IMG/VR virus record: IMGVR_UViG_3300027987_000382
Location: 32,001 to 96,000 of that record
DNA: 64,000 nucleotides
Reading direction: 5' to 3' (one strand)
Origin: a virus
Below the pieces are notes generated by a model. That model was not told where the DNA came from and searched no databases. It saw only the letters and a list, made by a program, of their open reading frames with translations. Positions 1 through 8,662 of this stretch are shown piece after piece (within the stretch, counting starts at the first letter, position 1; every line of letters starts with the position of its first letter). Made by a program: the position numbers and the translations under genes.

Positions 1-441
1 GACGCTGTATGATCGATAGTCGAGATTGGTGGCTGGTGCAGCGATTGTGGCAGCATCGATGATCCGATCACTGGCGACAGCTTCTATCAGTTCATCCAAA
101 TACTTGCTGTCAAGCTCCGGTTCATCACCCTGCAGATTCACGATCACGTCGAATTGCGGAACGCTACCATTCGGTCGATACCAATTGTTAGTAACCCAAG
201 CCACACGCTCCGTGCCCGAATTACATTGCGGCGTAAGCACCGTGCTCACATCGTATTCGAGGTCTTCGATGGCATCAATGATTTCTTGGTCTTCTGTCGC
301 GACTATGACCTCGTTAGCCTTCGATTTCTTCGCACAATCGATAGTATGGCAGATCAACGGCTTGCCAGTGTCGTCTAACAAAAGCTTGTTAGGAAGACGG
401 CTGGATGCCAGCCGAGCTGGTATGATGATTACCGAATTCAT
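1..441 (-). CDS. kdsB: 3-deoxy-manno-octulosonate cytidylyltransferase (CMP-Kdo synthetase)-like, runs off window edge
   Basis: Not in the ORF track. Manual minus-strand translation from ATG 441: MNSVIIIPARLASSRLPNKLL...SGTERV...IVNLQGDEP. ATGA overlap with the stop of 438..1388. Confidence 0.85.
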   Translation of the reverse strand, partial: MNSVIIIPARLASSRLPNKLLLDDTGKPLICHTIDCAKKSKANEVIVATEDQEIIDAIEDLEYDVSTVLTPQCNSGTERVAWVTNNWYRPNGSVPQFDVIVNLQGDEPELDSKYLDELIEAVASDRIIDAATIAAPATNLDYRSYSV

Positions 442-1388
442 TCTCGGACGACCTTCATTTGCTGACCCGGTTTGTTACCACGTTGCGAATATCGCAACAA
501 CCGCAAAATATTAGAGCCGACATCAGCACACCAATCCCACTGAGCAGAACTGCCGACACAGAAAATCCCACGTTGTTCGATCGTATCAAGCTTTGGAATA
601 GGCCCCATCGGAAGGACGTTCTCAATAGACGTGCCATCGAGAATATCAAACTTTGGAATAAAGCTCATGAAATAAATTCCTGGATTAGGAATGTCTTCAT
701 GGCAGTAGATGAGAAACCTCTTCGGGGCAACGTTTGTCGCTTTGTAGAAGCTGAATATTCTGTCCGTCACCATGACTTGGTTCATCCCCTCAAAGTCAAG
801 GTGGTCGGTCTGAATGTGCAGATAATGCACAGTGCGAGCTTTGAGATTCGGCTCCTGTTTCATCAATCGCAGTAATGCGTCGAGCGGGATGGTGCTAACT
901 GCGTTGTCGAAATCTTCACGGACGCCGTTTCTCACGAAGTAGTGGTCGCCAATTTCTGTGACTTGTCCTTTCGCGACTTCACGCTTCAGATCCTCGATGT
1001 ACGTCTCTTGAAGCCGCTCGTAGAGCTGATTCACTCTGATGTCATAGACGAACAGGCTCATCCTGTTCATCATATAAGGTTCTGTTTGTGGCGGTATTTG
1101 CGTTCCGAAGATCTTCTCTGCCCAATCTCTGCAGAGTCCAGCATCCCATTTCCTATAGAGTTCCCCGCCTATGGACCACGCACGCTGGTAGACGAACCGC
1201 TGAAGTTGCTGACCCATCAAATCATTGACAAATGGGTCCAGTTGGTCGTCACAAATGATGAAGTTGTCGTCGAGGGCTGGGTTGAAGCTGAAGAATCTGC
1301 TTCGATAGAACGGGATCACCGTCCAGGAATCACCCAAGATGATTCTGGCGAGGAGCCCAACAATCCCAGAGCCGAAGATGACATTCAT
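438..1388 (-). CDS. FAD-binding Rossmann-fold protein (oxidoreductase/mutase-like)
   Basis: N-terminal VIFGSGIVG dinucleotide-binding motif; C-terminal CVGSSAQW. Confidence 0.5.
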   Translation of the reverse strand: MNVIFGSGIVGLLARIILGDSWTVIPFYRSRFFSFNPALDDNFIICDDQLDPFVNDLMGQQLQRFVYQRAWSIGGELYRKWDAGLCRDWAEKIFGTQIPPQTEPYMMNRMSLFVYDIRVNQLYERLQETYIEDLKREVAKGQVTEIGDHYFVRNGVREDFDNAVSTIPLDALLRLMKQEPNLKARTVHYLHIQTDHLDFEGMNQVMVTDRIFSFYKATNVAPKRFLIYCHEDIPNPGIYFMSFIPKFDILDGTSIENVLPMGPIPKLDTIEQRGIFCVGSSAQWDWCADVGSNILRLLRYSQRGNKPGQQMKVVRE

Positions 1389-2113
1389 TCATTCTCAACC
1401 AAATCGTCGTCGTCGAATTCTTCAGACAAACCCTCCGCAGCTTCCAGCTCTTTCTTGGGAGGTGTTTCTGTGACCAACGAAGGCGTTTCCTTTGGCTCCG
1501 GTTGAGCTTTTTCGGCACTCTGCGACATCGAGGCCCCCTTGATCGGAGAACGTTTTTCCTGGCTCTCCGGGGCCTTCTTCGCGGTTTCCTTCTTGGCGGT
1601 CTTTTTCTTGGTCTTCTTGGTGGCCTTCTTGGTGGCCTTCTTGGCTGTCTTGGTCGGCTTTGGCTCATCATCGTTGGCCAAAAGGGCACTCGTCGTATGC
1701 CCTACAACCGTTTCCTGAATCAGACGATCGGCCACCGTCTCGTCAGGATTGCCTTCGACGACCTGCTCCATCGGATTGTGCAGCAATGGATCAAATTCGT
1801 GTTCGGCAATCCGACCAGCTTCGAGAGGATTCATGAACGCGTTGACCGGCGGTTCCACGCCTGGGCGGCAATGCTGGCAGACCCAATCGATCACCGGGAA
1901 CGGTGGGTCTGGTAGCTGGATGTTCTCGATCATCACTCCCTGGCCGCACTTTGGACACACGGTCGAAATGTGCGTCGGCTTCACATAGTTGCCAAACGAA
2001 TTCTGCATCGTTTGTTGGTTTGCGGGTTCCGAATCGAACTGGTATGGCCGCCCGCCTATCTCTTCACCCTCGATTCGGACAGTGACAAGATCGTATGGAT
2101 TGTAGCTGCTCAT
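1385..2113 (-). CDS. Zn-ribbon protein with Lys-rich histone-like tail
   Basis: CPKC...CQHC; repeated KKAT; acidic C-terminus. Confidence 0.6.
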   Translation of the reverse strand: MSSYNPYDLVTVRIEGEEIGGRPYQFDSEPANQQTMQNSFGNYVKPTHISTVCPKCGQGVMIENIQLPDPPFPVIDWVCQHCRPGVEPPVNAFMNPLEAGRIAEHEFDPLLHNPMEQVVEGNPDETVADRLIQETVVGHTTSALLANDDEPKPTKTAKKATKKATKKTKKKTAKKETAKKAPESQEKRSPIKGASMSQSAEKAQPEPKETPSLVTETPPKKELEAAEGLSEEFDDDDLVENE

Positions 2114-2131
2114 GAAAATCTCCTGGGATAT

Positions 2132-2422
2132 CTACTTTTCTTTGTCGGGCGGTTTTTCGACCAAGGGGCCTCTGTTGCCATCAGGATACAGAATCTCCTT
2201 GTTTCCGTTGCTATACTCTATGATATAGGTACCTTCCGGGGCACCATCAACTGGGATCATTTCAGCGTTGAGGATTGTTCGCCTTTCCGGCATCCTTTTT
2301 GGAGCCGGAGCCGGTTCCCTTTTAGGATCAATCATCCACGAAATCGCGATGAACAGAAATCCGACAAAGATCAGAACGACGTACCGCCAGACGGCAGCTG
2401 TGACTAACTTGTTGTCGCCCAT
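2132..2422 (-). CDS. small single-pass membrane protein
   Basis: hydrophobic segment YVVLIFVGFLFIAISW. Confidence 0.55.
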   Translation of the reverse strand: MGDNKLVTAAVWRYVVLIFVGFLFIAISWMIDPKREPAPAPKRMPERRTILNAEMIPVDGAPEGTYIIEYSNGNKEILYPDGNRGPLVEKPPDKEK

Positions 2423-2970
2423 TCTCCGGCTACCTTTCTTGTCTGTTCGGCACGTTCACGAAGCGTTTGATACGCTTCCTCCGAGATGTTGAGTTCGACA
2501 AACCGCTTGTCCAAATTCATAGCGGCCGGACGGATAAAGTCAGTACCCTTGCATTTTGGGCAGATCTTGTCGGTCTCGAAAGTCCTCTGTTGGCATTTGG
2601 TGCAAATGTTCGGTTGCCCCGTCATTCGCACATTGACTCGTACCACCTCGATATGGTAGTAGTTGTAGGTACCAGTCAGCTTGGTACCACTCAATTCACA
2701 AATCGTGAACAGACCCTTTTTATCCATCCCTTCGCGATAATTCGCGATGATTTGCTGCTTGAACTTCTCAAAGCACGCAGTGCAAATGTCAAGTGAGAAG
2801 CAAGTTTGTGTGCGAAAGATATGGTTTAACGGTGGTCGCTGGCCGTTGATGACCGACACTGGGCGAAAGTCCCAGGAATAGTACAAGAAATCATTCTTGT
2901 ATTGGGTACCACAGTGATCACAAGCTATGCCGTCTCGGTCTTTGAGTTGCATTGGGACTAATCCTCTCAT
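2404..2970 (-). CDS. Cys-rich zinc-finger hypothetical protein
   Basis: CDHC, CTAC, CTKC, CPKC motifs. Confidence 0.65.
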   Translation of the reverse strand: MRGLVPMQLKDRDGIACDHCGTQYKNDFLYYSWDFRPVSVINGQRPPLNHIFRTQTCFSLDICTACFEKFKQQIIANYREGMDKKGLFTICELSGTKLTGTYNYYHIEVVRVNVRMTGQPNICTKCQQRTFETDKICPKCKGTDFIRPAAMNLDKRFVELNISEEAYQTLRERAEQTRKVAGEWATTS

Positions 2971-3012
2971 TATCTACGACGTAAAAATAAGAGTAACTGC
3001 GAGGGACCTTCC

Positions 3013-4740
3013 ATGCGACTCAGCGACATTGCCGAAATCATCATAGAGAACGTGGAGAAACTGCTCCCGTATCTTCGCGATGATGTCAAGCAATATTTGG
3101 CAAAGAGGAAAGAGGCTGGTGTACCAAACCCAACCGAATTTCCCACTCACCTGAACGAAAAATCGCTCAGCAAATGGATCGACATAGCCGTAGAATGGGC
3201 ATTGCGTGCCGATCCTCGCTACATACGTGAAATCAGAAAAGAAAAGCCTCTCAGCAGAATCAAAGCACCATTCGTCAAACAAATCCTCAAATGGTGGCTA
3301 GACCCAGCGGCTGGTGGCGGAATTGACCTACCAGAAGATATTGAAACGACGGCCGAAACGCTTAACCAATTCAATGTCGCCAAGCAACACGGGTTAAATG
3401 CGAACGCCGCCGATTTCACGCGTTGGGACGAGCTGGTTGCAGCTCTGCAACCGTTCCTCACAGAGCCAGAAGAAGCCGACAGCGACATCTACTCGCGAAT
3501 GGGCCTGGACCTCGTCTTCCACGAAGGACCATGGAAGATGTACACGGTCGACAAATGGATCCCTGGCGACCAATCGACCTTACATCCAGGTCAAGTGTGC
3601 CACAGAGCATTTGAAGGCACCCGCTGGTGCGTCAAGTATCAAAGCACATTCGAACGCACCTACAGCGGAGTCTACTACCTCGTTCTCTACAGAGGCAAGA
3701 GATTTGGGCTAATCAACTTCCCAAGCAAACAATTCAAGAATCCGCAAGACCAAGCAATCTCCAAAACAGAGCCAGAACTCGGACTCCAATTCTTGCAGTT
3801 GCTATTCAATAAGCGGCCCGACTTCCTGGCAGAATTGGCTCTAGCAATGCTCGATAGTCGATACTCGAGCTACAGTGACTTCGCCCCATTCATGGAGCAT
3901 TTCACGGCCGAGACAACGGAGATTCTGAACACACCAGAAGCGAGAGAAGGTGCACTTCGCGACCCGATGCAAGTAATCCAGCTGGCCAAATTCATCGGCG
4001 AATGGCCGCACTTTAGAGATTGGCCAGAGGGCTATCAAAAAATCGTGTCGACCGACTTCAGCACAAACACACGACGATCGCAGGCCATCCAAGAGCTTGT
4101 CGAAGCACGAGGCCGCGTCCCAGAAGTCGAAGCTAAAATCGATTCTGTAGAGGCATTCAAGCGATATTGCGTTTGGCTGACCAAGTCTAACATGAAGCCT
4201 GGTGCGGCGACCGATCTGATCGCAAAGGGTCGAGAGATCTCAGAAAACATCGCCAAAGACCCAACCAAAATCAGGGGAGCCATCAGCTGGCTAACCACAG
4301 AACGTGGACTCAGGGGCGGCGAGACTCCTCCACCATGGCCAAATATGGAACAGCAGATTCTGCGATCACAAGATCCACGAGCTGCTTTCGCTTATGCTAA
4401 ACTACTGGGCGAAGCTTGGCCAGAAGGCGAATCTCTCATCGCCTCTGATGACAGATCGGCAGAATCATACTTCAAGCTCACCGGCAAAGACGTTCGTGGC
4501 GGAAAACAGCTGGCAGAGCCGACTGACCCAGATGGCATCGTCAGAAGAGCAATTGCTCGCGGGAAAGAAATTCCTGCCGAGCAAGAAGACTTCATCCTAC
4601 AGGACCTCGATGCATCGATCGATTATGCCGAGCACCTGATCGGTCCGTGGCCAGAACTTGAGGACGAATTGCGTAAGAGAGGGACGTCGGCTCAGAAGAA
4701 AGAGTACTCGAGACGAGTCCTTTACGGCGAATTCCAGTGA
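3013..4740 (+). CDS. hypothetical protein with MRLSDIAE leader, candidate internal virion protein
   Basis: 575 aa; GTRWCV motif; C-terminal WPxxE helical repeats; upstream TAAAAATA. Confidence 0.6.
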   Translation: MRLSDIAEIIIENVEKLLPYLRDDVKQYLAKRKEAGVPNPTEFPTHLNEKSLSKWIDIAVEWALRADPRYIREIRKEKPLSRIKAPFVKQILKWWLDPAAGGGIDLPEDIETTAETLNQFNVAKQHGLNANAADFTRWDELVAALQPFLTEPEEADSDIYSRMGLDLVFHEGPWKMYTVDKWIPGDQSTLHPGQVCHRAFEGTRWCVKYQSTFERTYSGVYYLVLYRGKRFGLINFPSKQFKNPQDQAISKTEPELGLQFLQLLFNKRPDFLAELALAMLDSRYSSYSDFAPFMEHFTAETTEILNTPEAREGALRDPMQVIQLAKFIGEWPHFRDWPEGYQKIVSTDFSTNTRRSQAIQELVEARGRVPEVEAKIDSVEAFKRYCVWLTKSNMKPGAATDLIAKGREISENIAKDPTKIRGAISWLTTERGLRGGETPPPWPNMEQQILRSQDPRAAFAYAKLLGEAWPEGESLIASDDRSAESYFKLTGKDVRGGKQLAEPTDPDGIVRRAIARGKEIPAEQEDFILQDLDASIDYAEHLIGPWPELEDELRKRGTSAQKKEYSRRVLYGEFQ

Positions 4741-5543
4741 TCTGCGGATTGTTCTTCTAGATAAGCCGGAAGCTCTGCAAAGCTCATTGCCCTCGGAATT
4801 ACAGAGCGGCCATCTTGACCTCGCGATTTCCACAACGCCGTCGCCTCTCCGGCCTGTTGATCGAAAGTTAGTCCAAGCAGCTTGACAGCCGAATCGATGC
4901 CCAGATGCTGCGATCTAGCATTGATTGTCACGTTGATGCCTTCAATCAAGCTAGCAAGAATCCTGTCGAAAATGACTGGAGGTGCTCCAAGCTCAAACAA
5001 CATCGCGACTGGATTTCCCGCAAAGTCTCTGTAGCTCTTACCCCGGTAATCAAAGCGGTCAGGTTCTTCATTGAATTTCGCTTCTGATTCATGCCGCCAT
5101 TTGATGTCTTTGATGTTGGTCATGTAGGCTGTCATGATCACTTTGAAGCGGTTATTCCAAATGTACTCCTTATGGGCGTTGTAGCGACCAGTTTCTGGAT
5201 CTGGTTCGGCCCAGCCGGTTTCATCCTGACCGCATCTCTCGCAAGGAATGTATTCGCCAAGAGTGGTGAAGTCTCGCATTCTCCCGATCAGAGATGCTCG
5301 CTGTGCACCAATTCTTTGGTATCGTCCAGCCCAACGCGGATAGACACCGGGTGTAATCCCCATGATGAGAATTTGGGTCCCGGTTTTCGGATGATTGATG
5401 ATCCGGGCGTGGTCTGCTTCGATGACAACGCCACGCCTCGTAAGAATCGTGGCTGGACGCAAACGACCACGGTTGCGAGTCTCGCTGACAATTCGCAACC
5501 TTTTTAGCATTAGCGTGTTGTCGATTTTATCCGATAGGTTCAT
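4722..5543 (-). CDS. RT-locus paralog C (unknown function)
   Basis: Start re-assigned to MNLSDKI (5543). Shares PAxIxxxRGxxIxxxHxR, GxxPG, (L/M)RDF, EYxP and QDETGWxEP with the next two ORFs. Confidence 0.75.
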   Translation of the reverse strand: MNLSDKIDNTLMLKRLRIVSETRNRGRLRPATILTRRGVVIEADHARIINHPKTGTQILIMGITPGVYPRWAGRYQRIGAQRASLIGRMRDFTTLGEYIPCERCGQDETGWAEPDPETGRYNAHKEYIWNNRFKVIMTAYMTNIKDIKWRHESEAKFNEEPDRFDYRGKSYRDFAGNPVAMLFELGAPPVIFDRILASLIEGINVTINARSQHLGIDSAVKLLGLTFDQQAGEATALWKSRGQDGRSVIPRAMSFAELPAYLEEQSADHWNSP

Positions 5544-6201
5544 CTTCAAGCCTGTTGCCAGCCACGCGGCTTTTCCGCCACCAGTTCTTATTATCGTCGT
5601 ACGCTTTATATTCGTACTTGGACGGGTCGGTGCCGGGTTCCAGCAATTCAAGTGTTTTGACGTTCTCGCGATTCATCGTCAAGATTTTGCGGAACCGACG
5701 TGTGATCCTAAGTTCTCTGTCGGCACAATAATGGCCATATTCGTCTGGTTCAGACCAACCTGTTTCGTCTTGGTAGCCATGCTGCACAAGATAGCTGTCC
5801 GGATGGTATTCTCGCGAAAGATAGAAGTCTCTGAGCTTGAAGTACCATGAGTTTGGGAAATGGCCCTTGTAGACTCTTTGCCATCTGCCTGGGTCGATTC
5901 CAGCAATCACCCACATTGTACCGGTGAATGGGTTTCGCACCTCTCGCACGTGATGGACCGGGATTAGAGTGCCACGCTTCATGAGGATGATGGCGGGCTG
6001 CATTCGTCGAGATTCGAGTAGTGGGCCTAAACCGGCTTCACTGAGAGCCAGTCCAAGTTTGTCCTCGATTGACTCAGATTTCTTTTTCTTGACGCGTTCT
6101 GGAAGTTTCTTTCCCTTTGGCGTGTGCTTTTCCCACCGATCAGCCATTTCTGGATGATTAGCGTGCATCCAGCTTCGTTGAGCTTCGCTTTTGAATGGCA
6201 T
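5527..6201 (-). CDS. RT-locus paralog B with N-terminal PFKSEAQR module
   Basis: GGAG SD before ATG 6201; core PAIILMKRGT...LRDFY...QDETGWSEP. Confidence 0.8.
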   Translation of the reverse strand: MPFKSEAQRSWMHANHPEMADRWEKHTPKGKKLPERVKKKKSESIEDKLGLALSEAGLGPLLESRRMQPAIILMKRGTLIPVHHVREVRNPFTGTMWVIAGIDPGRWQRVYKGHFPNSWYFKLRDFYLSREYHPDSYLVQHGYQDETGWSEPDEYGHYCADRELRITRRFRKILTMNRENVKTLELLEPGTDPSKYEYKAYDDNKNWWRKSRVAGNRLEDEPIG

Positions 6202-6216
6202 TAAATGTCTCCAAAA

Positions 6217-6365
6217 GGAGCGGACCACGAGTGAAGGCCGGAGGCCGTAGTACGCTCAAAGCGTTAGCTTTGAGATGGCATTTGTCTCTATACCGTCAGC
6301 ATCCTTCCTCAAGGATTGGCACGACTAACAGCTTCGAGACGTCGAGGAAACCCATGGTCCGCTCC
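6217..6365 (-). ncRNA. structured RNA unit 1 (of 3)
   Basis: Terminal IR ggagcggacca (6217-6227)/tggtccgctcc (6355-6365); internal hairpins 6255-6274 and 6301-6316; core shared with units 2 and 3. Confidence 0.8.
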
Positions 6366-6367
6366 AA

Positions 6368-6521
6368 AAATGGTTGTCACCGGTGGCGGTCCGGAGACCA
6401 AACAAACGGAATATCCGTTAGGCTATTCCTTACATTCGCTCCTGTACCGCCCGCGTCCTTCCCCAAGGACGTACACGACCAAGCAGCTTCAGAGCATCAG
6501 GGAAACCGATTACAACCATTT
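6368..6521 (-). ncRNA. structured RNA unit 2 (of 3)
   Basis: Terminal IR 6368-6384/6505-6521; hairpins 6408-6429 and 6454-6471; C(UCCG)G hairpin on the minus strand near 6387-6399. Confidence 0.8.
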
Positions 6522-6968
6522 GATTCCTAATATGTTCTCCGGATTGATTGTCATGATCTTCTCAAACTTCATCTTCTTGATGTAGTACCGATGGGCCGAA
6601 TATCCGCCCGGCCCACGACCACCGCACGGTCTGCTGTTGTATGCTTCAACAGCATGCCATCCTTCAGGGGTCTCGCCACCAAGTGGCTCATCCCAACCAG
6701 TCTCATCTTGGTATGGGGCTGGGATGTACTCTCCTGGTGCATAGAAATCTCGCAGCCGCCTCACAAATGAACCGTTTTTCGAAAGCGAGGCCGACGCCAT
6801 TTCTGTCTCGTAAAGTCCCGGTTTGACTCCGACTACGAGATATGATCTCCCAGTTGGATATTGAACCATTCTCGCATGATCCGCTTTAATCACCGTCCCC
6901 CGCTTCATTGTAATTATAGCAGGGCGGTGAGTTCTCAGCCGAGCTTCTGCGATATGGTAAAGTTTCAT
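6510..6968 (-). CDS. RT-locus paralog A with MKLYHIAE leader
   Basis: Start re-assigned to ATG 6968; core PAIITMKRGTVIKADHAR...RLRDFY...QDETGWDEP. Confidence 0.8.
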   Translation of the reverse strand: MKLYHIAEARLRTHRPAIITMKRGTVIKADHARMVQYPTGRSYLVVGVKPGLYETEMASASLSKNGSFVRRLRDFYAPGEYIPAPYQDETGWDEPLGGETPEGWHAVEAYNSRPCGGRGPGGYSAHRYYIKKMKFEKIMTINPENILGIKWL

Positions 6969-6974
6969 AGGAAA

Positions 6975-7115
6975 ACCGCAGTTGCGAGTGAAGAACGTCA
7001 AACGCTCGCACCATTAGGTTCGAGATTGCATTCGCCTCTGTACCACCAGCATCCTTTCCCAAGGATGTGCACGTTCCGATAGCTTCAAGGCACCAGGAAA
7101 ACCCGCAACTGCGGT
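6975..7115 (-). ncRNA. structured RNA unit 3 (of 3)
   Basis: Perfect 12-bp terminal IR accgcagttgcg (6975-6986)/cgcaactgcggt (7104-7115); hairpins 7005-7024 and 7050-7067. Confidence 0.8.
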
Positions 7116-7129
7116 ATTGTATTTTTGCA
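7114..7129. promoter_or_regulatory. putative overlapping divergent promoter motifs
   Basis: Minus strand GCAAAAATA 4 nt before RNA unit 3; plus strand TGTATT ~10 nt before RT ATG 7132; both motifs recur in other intergenic regions. Confidence 0.35.
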
Positions 7130-7131
7130 AC

Positions 7132-8511
7132 ATGATCTCAATCGACGACTGCAAACAAGCATACTCGCTCCAGAACGCCGCTTTAGTTATCGCGAACAAA
7201 GTGGCATTCGACAAAGGCAAGGGATTCGCCAGGTCCTGGGAGCCGCCAATCTCGACGCCAGACTACCCAGACTCGAACGTCACCTCACCAACTACCAATT
7301 TAGCCCAACGGCTAAACAGATAAAGTACGTCAAGTGGAAAGAGAGAATTCTATACATATCCACCTGGGAAGACAAAATTGTCGAAACATGGCTCAGCCGA
7401 TCTCTCAATAAATTATTATCCAGCTGGTTCTCAAAACGATCATACGCCTATCGCCTCGAGAAAATCGGAGTCGACACTTGCCAACGCGACGTCATCGACG
7501 TCATCAAATCAAGTCGCTTCATCGCCAGACGCGATATCCGCAATTTCTTCTACACGATTGACCACGAGCTGCTCCTAGACAAGCTCTCTGCAATCCTAGA
7601 TCCGCCACTCCTCGACTTGGTCAGACAGCGAGTCCAATTCGAGTATTATGAGAACGGAGAAATAAAGGAATGCGAGCTGGGTGTACCGTTCGGATCACCG
7701 ATCGCTTGTTTGCTAGCAAACATTTACCTCACAGCGACAGACCACAAACTGGCAGCACAGAATGCTCACTACTTCAGGTACGCAGATGACTTCCTCATTG
7801 CATCAGATTCGGCCGGTCCAGTTTTAGACAGCGTAGAATTACTGCGAGATGAGGTTGAATATCTGCGTCTCGAGTTGCATCCAGACAAAGGTGTGAATTT
7901 GTCGTTTGAAGACCACCCGAACTTCGACATCACCAACAGATTCAAGTATCTCGGCTTAGAATATTGGCACGACGGCGTTGTTCGCCTCCCCATCGAGAAG
8001 AAACGAAAGATCGCGGGCATTTTCAGGCGAGCACTTCGCAGTCAGAAAAAGAGATTGCTGAAGATTGAAGACCTGACTGAGCGGACTAAAGCGGCAGTCG
8101 CCTGTGTCGCAGAAGCGGCATTGAAAAGAATCAGGTACGCCGCCATCATCGACTACTATCTCAAGCATGTAGAGGACGAAGAACAACTCAAGGTCCTCGA
8201 CCGCGAAATTGCCGAGATGGTGATCAGCACAGTCCTTGACAAGCCGTTCAAAGCACGCGACTTCAAAAAGATTCCGTACGGAACACGATTACGGACTTGT
8301 CTCATTGCTGCACAGAAGCAGGTTGCATAGGCACGGGCAGTTGAACGTGCCGTTCCTCTCCATGTACAACAGCATTCTCTTCGAACGATTCGAAGAAGGC
8401 AAACGACGGCGTTCTGAGCGTATCAGCCAGATTCGGCTGGCTCGGAAGCTGAAGAAGATTCGAGCAGACGACCAGCATAATCATCCGCAAGAGCAGCAAG
8501 GTGCGGATTAG
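7132..8511 (+). CDS. reverse transcriptase (group II-like, YADD), apparently frameshifted near 7240 and 8286
   Basis: Core ORF 7125..8330: EDKIVE, SYAYR, DIRNFFYTIDH, GVPFGSPIACLLANIYL, YFRYADD, FKYLG, thumb-like region. Plausible N-terminus (ATG 7132) and C-terminus (to 8511) lie in other frames. Confidence 0.9.
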
Positions 8512-8662
8512 AGAATACCGGCCTCTTGCTATCGCATTCATCGACCTCCATGATCTTCTTGCAGACGACGCCGGTCGGCACCTCATCCCTCATCATCAGA
8601 TAGAGGAATTCCTGCAGCCTTTCTCTGACGCTCACGCCAGTCTCTTGGGAGGAGCTTGACAA
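8423..8662 (-). CDS. small hypothetical protein
   Basis: Protein-like LQEFLYLMMRDEVPTG...FSNPHLAALA; overlaps the dnaE tail and the RT tail; start uncertain. Confidence 0.45.
   Translation of the reverse strand: MSSSSQETGVSVRERLQEFLYLMMRDEVPTGVVCKKIMEVDECDSKRPVFSNPHLAALADDYAGRLLESSSASEPAESG

Noticed and set aside
26-514. Plus-strand 162-aa ORF
   Set aside because: Antisense shadow of the kdsB-like gene on the minus strand.
1590-1655. 12-nt tandem repeat
   Set aside because: It simply encodes the KKAT repeats of the 1385..2113 protein.
6217-7115. CRISPR array
   Set aside because: Units are ~145 nt and diverged, with no constant short repeat plus unique spacer pattern; no cas genes in the window.
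6217-8330. Diversity-generating retroelement
   Set aside because: No TR/VR pair seen. Differences between the repeats are not adenine-specific, the repeats are non-coding, and there is no Avd-like gene.
6975-8330. Canonical retron (plus-strand msr-msd upstream of RT)
   Set aside because: The terminal IRs resemble a1/a2, but internal helices pair only on the minus strand. There is no long msd hairpin, and the RT lacks the retron VTG motif (it has YLG). A retron-like mechanism is not fully excluded.
7132-8600. Group II intron
   Set aside because: No room for domains I-III upstream and no recognisable domain V/VI downstream; the flanks are occupied by other genes.
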